From Escherichia coli (GTDB lineage: Bacteria > Pseudomonadota > Gammaproteobacteria > Enterobacterales > Enterobacteriaceae), in the NCBI RefSeq assembly GCF_003334815.1, contig NZ_QOWO01000008.1: a stretch of DNA of 64,000 bases. One strand, written 5' to 3'. The notes below the pieces were generated by a model that saw nothing but the letters and a program-made list of their open reading frames with translations, did no database searches and had not been told where the DNA came from. Each line of letters opens with the position of its first letter. The first letter of the stretch is position 1. Shown here in pieces: positions 57,354 through 64,000 of the stretch. A program made the position numbers and the translations under genes.

Positions 57354-57386
57354 CTTCATATTGCCGACAAAGTACGCGTTATCCCT

Positions 57387-57420
57387 GCCGGATGTGGCGC
57401 GAGCGCCCTATCCGGCCTAC
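57387..57420. repeat. REP (palindromic unit) element downstream of msrQ
   Basis: gccggatgtggcgcgagcgccctatccggcctac matches the enterobacterial REP pattern. Confidence 0.7.
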
Positions 57421-57550
57421 TCAGATCACATCAGGTTATGTTTCGTTTGTCATCAACCTCAAATTATCAACACAATTCATTTTATTTCAATAAGATAGAT
57501 AAGTACACCTGAGAAAACTATGCTCTCATCTCCTAAGAGTTGTTGCATTT

Positions 57551-57577
57551 TGTTATATGTTACAATATAACATTACA
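57551..57577. promoter_or_regulatory. Candidate Zur box in the zinT promoter
   Basis: Palindromic tgttatatgttacaatataacatta resembles the Zur operator; about 35 bp upstream of the zinT start. Confidence 0.5.
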
Positions 57578-57609
57578 CATCATATACAATGACTCTGGAG
57601 GAAACTGTT

Positions 57610-58260
57610 TTGGCGATTCGTCTTCACAAACTGGCTGTTGCTTTAGGTGTCTTTATGGTTAGCGCTCCTGCCTTTTCGCATGGTCATCACTCACACGGCA
57701 AACCCTTAACAGAGGTCGAACAAAAAGCTGCTAATGGTGTTTTTGATGATGCCAATGTACAAAACCGAAAGCTGAGTGACTGGGATGGAGTCTGGCAATC
57801 CGTTTATCCTTTACTGCAAAGTGGCAAACTTGACCCCGTCTTTCAGAAGAAAGCGGATGCAGATAAAACTAAAACATTTGCTGAAATTAAAGATTATTAT
57901 CACAAAGGTTATGCGACAGATATCGAGATGATTGGCATTGAGGACGGCATTGTTGAATTCCATAGAAATAATGAAACAACATCCTGTAAATATGATTACG
58001 ATGGATACAAAATACTCACCTATAAATCAGGCAAGAAAGGCGTTCGTTACTTATTCGAATGTAAAGATCCTGAAAGCAAAGCCCCTAAATATATACAATT
58101 TAGCGATCATATAATTGCACCACGAAAATCATCTCATTTTCACATTTTTATGGGTAATGATTCACAGCAATCTTTATTAAATGAAATGGAAAACTGGCCA
58201 ACGTATTATCCATATCAGTTGAGTAGCGAAGAAGTGGTCGAGGAAATGATGTCTCATTGA
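57610..58260 (+). CDS. zinT: Periplasmic zinc/cadmium-binding protein ZinT
   Basis: ORF track 57589..58260; start set to TTG giving [10 protein letters not shown]... (216 aa); His-rich HGHHSHG after the signal peptide. Confidence 0.93.
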   Translation: MAIRLHKLAVALGVFMVSAPAFSHGHHSHGKPLTEVEQKAANGVFDDANVQNRKLSDWDGVWQSVYPLLQSGKLDPVFQKKADADKTKTFAEIKDYYHKGYATDIEMIGIEDGIVEFHRNNETTSCKYDYDGYKILTYKSGKKGVRYLFECKDPESKAPKYIQFSDHIIAPRKSSHFHIFMGNDSQQSLLNEMENWPTYYPYQLSSEEVVEEMMSH

Positions 58261-58602
58261 GTATTCTCATGATAACGCCTCGATGCCGCTTTAGTAAGTC
58301 ATCATAACTGCCACTGGTCCATCCACAAACGCCACTGAACGCAAGCTAGCTACAGACACGCTCATCACTATGACGTGTCTGTATATTAATAAGCTAACCC
58401 GCATTGAGTTAACCAATAACGGATTCCATACACAATACGGCCAACAGAGAAAGATACCTGTGCTCACGCCATTGCTTATATTGGCTGGTTACAATGTGCA
58501 CTATCAATTTTTTAAATAACAAATTCTTAAAACCACTTCTGTATAAGGAATTTTTAAGGTTCGTGGGATAGCTTGACTGTAAAAATTACAGGAGCTACAA
58601 AA

Positions 58603-59133
58603 ATGAACCGATTCTCAAAAACTCAAATTTATTTACATTGGATAACGCTGCTTTTCGTTGCAATAACCTATGCCGCGATGGAACTCCGTGGCTGGTTTCC
58701 TAAAGGTAGTAGTACTTATCTGCTGATGCGAGAAACACATTACAATGCGGGTATATTCGTTTGGGTGTTAATGTTTTCACGCCTGATTATAAAACACCGT
58801 TATAGTGATCCTTCTATTGTACCACCGCCACCTGCCTGGCAAATGAAAGCGGCTTCGCTAATGCACATCATGCTTTATATAACCTTCCTTGCACTTCCTC
58901 TGCTGGGGATTGCTTTAATGGCTTACAGTGGAAAATCGTGGAGTTTCCTTGGTTTCAATGTGTCTCCCTTTGTTACCCCAAACAGCGAAATTAAAGTACT
59001 GATAAAAAATATTCACGAAACCTGGGCAAATATAGGTTACTTTTTAATCGCAGCTCACGCTGGCGCAGCACTCTTTCATCACTACATTCAGAAAGATAAT
59101 ACTCTGTTACGAATGATGCCTCGCCGCAAATAA
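58603..59133 (+). CDS. yodB: Cytochrome b561 family protein YodB
   Basis: ORF track 58573..59133; start trimmed to MNRFSKTQIYLHW (176 aa). Confidence 0.92.
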   Translation: MNRFSKTQIYLHWITLLFVAITYAAMELRGWFPKGSSTYLLMRETHYNAGIFVWVLMFSRLIIKHRYSDPSIVPPPPAWQMKAASLMHIMLYITFLALPLLGIALMAYSGKSWSFLGFNVSPFVTPNSEIKVLIKNIHETWANIGYFLIAAHAGAALFHHYIQKDNTLLRMMPRRK

Positions 59134-59702
59134 GTCGATCCCCTGACAAGGAAATGTGAACCATGGACATCAACGCGTCATAAATGTTTACGCAAGTGCA
59201 CAATGCACCCTTTCCACTATCAACAAGGAGGAGCAGAAACTGTGTAAATCGTACAATGGTAAGACTTATCAAAAATACAGGTTAATTTTGGTATTTAAAC
59301 CTTTTTTACTTGTTAGTATGATACAAAGGCTTTCAAAAAAGCTGGGAAATTCAACAACTCTTGGAAATTATGGACTTTGTCCCGCGGCTTTAATCTGACG
59401 GCCGCGTTCCTTTTTTGACTCAATTATTGACCCCTTCTCTACGCAACTTCAGTTCCCACCACCAACTTTGCGGCAGTTTCATAGGATGAATGTCTAAAAG
59501 AATAATGGTGAGCGATAAGAAAACGACTGAATAACTGCACATATTCGCTCGAAACTTTCCTGTCAGATCCATAGCGAATCAAGTGCTGAATGTCACAGTA
59601 TCGAACAGAAAACAGTGACGATCTAACCCATCAAGAATATTCTACGATTGTTCTGTTTAGGAAAAGCAAGGCGGGAAGTCGGGAGATAAGTCATTGATAA
59701 AG

Positions 59703-59792
59703 TGGCGGAGAGAGGGGGATTTGAACCCCCGGTAGAGTTGCCCCTACTCCGGTTTTCGAGACCGGTCCGTTCAGCCGCTCCGGCATCTCTCC
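59703..59792 (-). tRNA. serU: tRNA-Ser (CGA)
   Basis: Reverse complement reads GGAGAGATGCCGGAGCGGCTGAACGGACCGGTCTCGAAAACCGG...CTCTCCGCCA, 90 nt with long variable arm. Confidence 0.93.
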
Positions 59793-59885
59793 GTTCAGAT
59801 GGTTGCCATGATGCCAGGAAATTTGGCATTTTAACAGTCCCTGTCCGTGCAATTTTGTTCAAGTGACGAGTTTGCGAGCAAAACG

Positions 59886-60683
59886 ATGATTAAGTGGCCC
59901 TGGAAAGTACAAGAATCAGCACATCAAACTGCCCTTCCCTGGCAGGAAGCACTATCGATCCCCCTTTTAACGTGTCTGACGGAACAGGAACAAAGCAAAT
60001 TAGTCACTCTTGCCGAACGTTTTTTACAGCAAAAGCGGCTTGTTCCTTTACAGGGCTTTGAACTGGATTCATTAAGAAGCTGCCGGATAGCACTTCTATT
60101 TTGCCTACCCGTTCTGGAGTTAGGACTGGAATGGCTGGATGGTTTTCATGAAGTCTTAATTTATCCTGCGCCATTTGTGGTCGATGATGAATGGGAAGAC
60201 GATATCGGTCTGGTGCATAACCAACGTATTGTTCAGTCAGGTCAGAGCTGGCAGCAAGGGCCTATCGTTTTGAACTGGTTGGATATACAAGATTCTTTTG
60301 ATGCTTCTGGTTTTAACCTGATTATTCATGAAGTCGCTCATAAGCTGGACACCCGTAACGGCGATCGCGCCAGCGGAGTTCCCTTTATTCCGTTGCGTGA
60401 GGTTGCTGGCTGGGAACACGATCTTCATGCTGCAATGAACAACATTCAGGAAGAAATCGAATTGGTTGGCGAGAATGCGGCGAGCATTGATGCTTATGCT
60501 GCGAGTGATCCTGCTGAATGTTTTGCCGTACTTTCTGAATATTTCTTTAGCGCCCCAGAACTTTTTGCTCCTCGTTTCCCTTCATTGTGGCAACGTTTCT
60601 GCCAATTTTATCAACAAGATCCTTTGCAGAGACTGCATCACGCTAATGATACAGACTCGTTTTCGGCGACGAATGTTCATTAA
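59886..60683 (+). CDS. mtfA: Mlc titration factor A (zinc-dependent peptidase family)
   Basis: ORF track 59847..60683; start trimmed to [14 protein letters not shown] (265 aa); HEVAH motif. Confidence 0.93.
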   Translation: MIKWPWKVQESAHQTALPWQEALSIPLLTCLTEQEQSKLVTLAERFLQQKRLVPLQGFELDSLRSCRIALLFCLPVLELGLEWLDGFHEVLIYPAPFVVDDEWEDDIGLVHNQRIVQSGQSWQQGPIVLNWLDIQDSFDASGFNLIIHEVAHKLDTRNGDRASGVPFIPLREVAGWEHDLHAAMNNIQEEIELVGENAASIDAYAASDPAECFAVLSEYFFSAPELFAPRFPSLWQRFCQFYQQDPLQRLHHANDTDSFSATNVH

Positions 60684-60783
60684 TTAACAACTTTGCAGAT
60701 TAATTAACCAATTGAAATGACTTATGAAATTTAGTGTTGACAGACAAGGTACCGCTAAGTAATATGCGCCCCGTTCACACGAT

Positions 60784-60859
60784 TCCTCTGTAGTTCAGTC
60801 GGTAGAACGGCGGACTGTTAATCCGTATGTCACTGGTTCGAGTCCAGTCAGAGGAGCCA
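60784..60859 (+). tRNA. asnT: tRNA-Asn (GUU)
   Basis: TCCTCTGTAGTTCAGTCGGTAGAACGGCGGACTGTTAATCCG...GGAGCCA, 76 nt. Confidence 0.93.
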
Positions 60860-60947
60860 AATTCTAAAAATTCGCTTTTTTAGCGCAATGTCACTGACCT
60901 TAGTTGAACATTGTTTTTTAACGGATAGCGGGTTTTTAACATCTTAA

Positions 60948-60980
60948 GCGCCCTCGACCTTTATGGTTGAGGGCGTTTTG
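60948..60980 (+). terminator. Terminator downstream of asnT
   Basis: gcgccctc...gagggcg hairpin followed by TTTTG. Confidence 0.55.
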
Positions 60981-61172
60981 CTATGAACGCCATCACCATT
61001 TTCCCCTCGATTATAAAACTTGAGTTATTCAGTAGTCTCCCCTCTTGCAACTCACACCCAAAACTGCCTAACGAAAAGTTATTAATTTTCAATCATATTG
61101 CTATCAGTATTTACATTTTTTCGCTGTGCTAGAAAGGGCGCATTTATGTTAGCTCGTTCAGGGAAGGTAAGC

Positions 61173-63023
61173 ATGGCTACGAAGAAGAGAAGTGGAGAAG
61201 AAATAAATGACCGACAAATATTATGCGGGATGGGAATTAAACTACGCCGCTTAACTGCGGGTATCTGCCTGATAACTCAACTTGCGTTCCCTATGGCTGC
61301 GGCAGCACAAGGTGTGGTAAACGCCGCAACCCAACAACCAGTTCCTGCACAAATTGCCATTGCAAATGCCAATACGGTGCCCTACACCCTTGGAGCGCTG
61401 GAATCGGCCCAAAGCGTTGCCGAACGTTTCGGTATTTCGGTGGCTGAGTTACGCAAACTCAACCAGTTTCGTACGTTTGCTCGAGGTTTTGATAATGTCC
61501 GCCAGGGTGATGAACTGGATGTCCCGGCTCAAGTTAGTGAAAATAATTTAACCCCGCCACCGGGTAATAGCAGTGACAACCTCGAGCAACAGATAGCCAG
61601 TACTTCACAGCAAATCGGGTCTCTGCTCGCCGAAGATATGAACAGCGAGCAAGCGGCAAATATGGCGCGTGGATGGGCCTCTTCTCAGGCTTCAGGCGCA
61701 ATGACAGACTGGTTAAGCCGCTTCGGTACCGCAAGAATCACGCTGGGCGTGGATGAAGATTTTAGCCTGAAGAACTCCCAGTTCGATTTTCTCCATCCGT
61801 GGTATGAAACGCCTGATAATCTCTTTTTCAGTCAGCATACTCTCCATCGTACTGACGAGCGTACGCAGATTAACAACGGCTTAGGTTGGCGTCATTTCAC
61901 TCCCACATGGATGTCGGGCATCAACTTCTTTTTCGACCACGATCTTAGCCGTTACCACTCCCGCGCCGGCATTGGCGCGGAGTACTGGCGCGACTATCTA
62001 AAATTAAGCAGTAACGGCTATTTGCGACTGACCAACTGGCGCAGCGCACCTGAACTGGACAACGATTATGAAGCACGCCCGGCCAATGGCTGGGATGTAC
62101 GCGCAGAAGGCTGGCTACCCGCCTGGCCGCACCTTGGCGGTAAACTGGTCTATGAACAGTATTATGGCGATGAAGTGGCCCTGTTCGATAAAGACGATCG
62201 GCAAAGTAATCCTCATGCCATAACCGCTGGACTTAACTATACCCCCTTCCCGCTGATGACCTTCAGCGCGGAGCAACGCCAGGGTAAACAGGGCGAAAAT
62301 GACACCCGTTTTGCCGTCGATTTTACCTGGCAACCTGGCAGCGCAATGCAGAAACAGCTTGACCCGAATGAAGTCGCTGCACGGCGTAGCCTTGCAGGCA
62401 GCCGTTATGATCTGGTGGATCGCAACAACAATATCGTTCTGGAATATCGCAAAAAAGAACTGGTTCGCCTGACCCTGACAGACCCCGTGACAGGGAAGTC
62501 AGGAGAAGTGAAATCACTGGTTTCGTCGCTACAAACCAAATATGCCCTGAAAGGCTATAACGTCGAAGCCACCGCACTGGAAGCTGCCGGTGGCAAAGTG
62601 GTCACAACGGGTAAAGATATTCTGGTTACCCTGCCGGCTTACCGGTTCACCAGTACGCCAGAAACCGATAACACCTGGCCGATTGAAGTCACCGCCGAAG
62701 ATGTCAAAGGCAATTTGTCGAATCGTGAACAGAGCATGGTGGTCGTTCAGGCACCTACGCTAAGCCAGAAAGATTCCTCGGTATCGTTAAGTACCCAAAC
62801 ATTGAACGCGGATTCCCATTCAACCGCCACACTGACTTTTATTGCGCATGATGCAGCAGGTAATCCTGTTGTCGGGCTGGTGCTCTCGACGCGTCACGAA
62901 GGTGTTCAGGACATCACCCTTTCTGACTGGAAAGATAATGGTGACGGAAGCTATACCCAGATCCTGACCACAGGAGCGATGTCTGGCACGCTGACGCTGA
63001 TGCCACTGAATCGCCACGGATAA
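61173..63023 (+). pseudogene. yeeJ: yeeJ inverse-autotransporter adhesin, N-terminal ~617 codons only; reading frame ends at the IS junction
   Basis: ORF track 61098..63023; start set to MATKKRSGEEINDRQILCGMGIKLRR; stop codon lies 1 nt from the stop of the IS3-family orfB on the opposite strand; full-length YeeJ is several-fold longer. Confidence 0.85.
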
Positions 63024-64000
63024 TTTAGACACTTCCGAGCCGTTGATAATACTGGTTTTCATATTCTGTCGGTGACATCTGATCGCTGGAACCATGCCGA
63101 CGCTTACTGTTATAAAACATTTCGATGTAATCAAAAATATCGCTGCGGACTTCTTCCCGCGTTCCGTAGATCTTTTTCTTTATCCGTTCGCGTTTCAACA
63201 ACTGGAAAAAGCTTTCTGCAACCGCATTATCATGGCAGTTACCGCGACGGCTCATGCTGCCCTCCAGGCCGTGTGATTTTAGGAACGACTGCCATTCATG
63301 GCTTGTGTACTGACTGCCCTGATCCGAATGAACCAGCACCTGTTTTTGGGGATTACGCCGCCATACAGCCATCAGCAGTGCGTTCAGGACAATGTCTTTT
63401 GTCATCCGGGATTGCATGGACCAGCCGATAATTTTGCGTGAGAACAGATCAACAACCACGGCAAGATACAGCCAGCCTTCGTGGGTCCTTATGTAGGTTA
63501 TGTCCGTTACCCAACGCTCATCCGGAGCATCCGGATTGAACTGTCGCTGAAGCCTGTTGGGCGACACGATACTGGCCTCGCCTTTACGAGCCCGCGGGCT
63601 CCGGTATCCGACCTGAGCCTTTATCCCGATACGTTTCATCAGTCGCCAGACTCTGTTCACTCCGCACTGTTGCCCGCTGTCCCGCAGATCTAAATGGATT
63701 TTGCGATAACCATAGACGCATCCCGATTCCAGCCAGAACTGTTTAATCTGTCCTGTCAGTCTCAGGTCTGCCTGATGGCGTTGTGAATGCGGCTGCTGAA
63801 GCCAGGCGTAAAAACCACTGGGATGAACATCCAGCACCCGACAGAGCAGGCGAACAGGCCAGCAACAGGTGTTGTCACGGATAAAGGCGTACCTCAGTCG
63901 GACAGCTTTGCGAAGTACGCCACTGTAGATTCAATTGGTCAACGCAACAGTTATGTGAAAACATGGGGTTGCGGAGGTTTTTTGAATGAGACGAACATTT
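62998..64000 (-). mobile_element. IS3-family insertion sequence, partial (continues beyond right edge), inserted in yeeJ
   Basis: Transposase orfB plus upstream orfA-frame sequence running to the window edge; left boundary estimated to within ~25 bp from a TG-initiated terminal sequence just 3' of the orfB stop. Confidence 0.75.
63025..63837 (-). CDS. IS3-family transposase OrfB (DDE integrase core)
   Basis: 270-aa ORF with IS3-family motifs (VTDITYIRT..GWLYLAVVVDLFSRKIIGWSM, HSDQGSQYTS, NCHDNAVAESFF); starts at GTG and the frame stays open a further ~30 codons upstream, consistent with an OrfAB fusion. Confidence 0.9.
   Translation of the reverse strand: MLDVHPSGFYAWLQQPHSQRHQADLRLTGQIKQFWLESGCVYGYRKIHLDLRDSGQQCGVNRVWRLMKRIGIKAQVGYRSPRARKGEASIVSPNRLQRQFNPDAPDERWVTDITYIRTHEGWLYLAVVVDLFSRKIIGWSMQSRMTKDIVLNALLMAVWRRNPQKQVLVHSDQGSQYTSHEWQSFLKSHGLEGSMSRRGNCHDNAVAESFFQLLKRERIKKKIYGTREEVRSDIFDYIEMFYNSKRRHGSSDQMSPTEYENQYYQRLGSV

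Noticed and set aside
63931-63990. A6 run (63978..63983 on the plus strand) as the IS3-family programmed -1 frameshift site
   Set aside because: Slipping at this site leads into a stop codon at 63931..63933 in the orfB frame, so it cannot be the functional slip site as it stands; the real site cannot be fixed without the full element.

Overview
This window is a conserved Escherichia coli-type chromosomal segment, and I find no convincing evidence of a novel, undescribed system in it. Nearly every ORF matches a known K-12 gene in the expected order and at the expected length. Gene order, left to right: otsB 5' end; araHGF arabinose ABC transporter; ftnB, yecJ, azuC, yecR, ftnA, yecH; tyrP; yecA; the glyW-cysT-leuZ tRNA operon; pgsA, uvrC, uvrY; yecF, sdiA; tcyN-tcyL-dcyD-tcyJ cystine cluster; fliZ-fliA; fliC; fliDST; amyA, yedD, yedE, yedF, yedK; fliE and fliFGHIJK, fliLMNOPQR; rcsA, dsrB, yodD, DsrA sRNA, yedP, dgcQ, yodC, yedI, yedA; vsr-dcm; yedJ, yedR; an intact OmpC-family porin (yedS-like); hchA; hprSR, hiuH, msrPQ; zinT, yodB; tRNA-Ser (serU); mtfA; tRNA-Asn (asnT); and yeeJ truncated by an IS3-family element at the right edge. 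The strain is clearly not K-12, with four visible differences: a 570-aa fliC allele, an intact yedS-type porin, no yedL/yedN/yedM/intG island between yedK and fliE, and the IS-disrupted yeeJ. Gene identities rest on my recognition of the translated ORFs and K-12 synteny, not on any database search; coordinates of starts were adjusted by hand from the ORF track and are approximate where noted.
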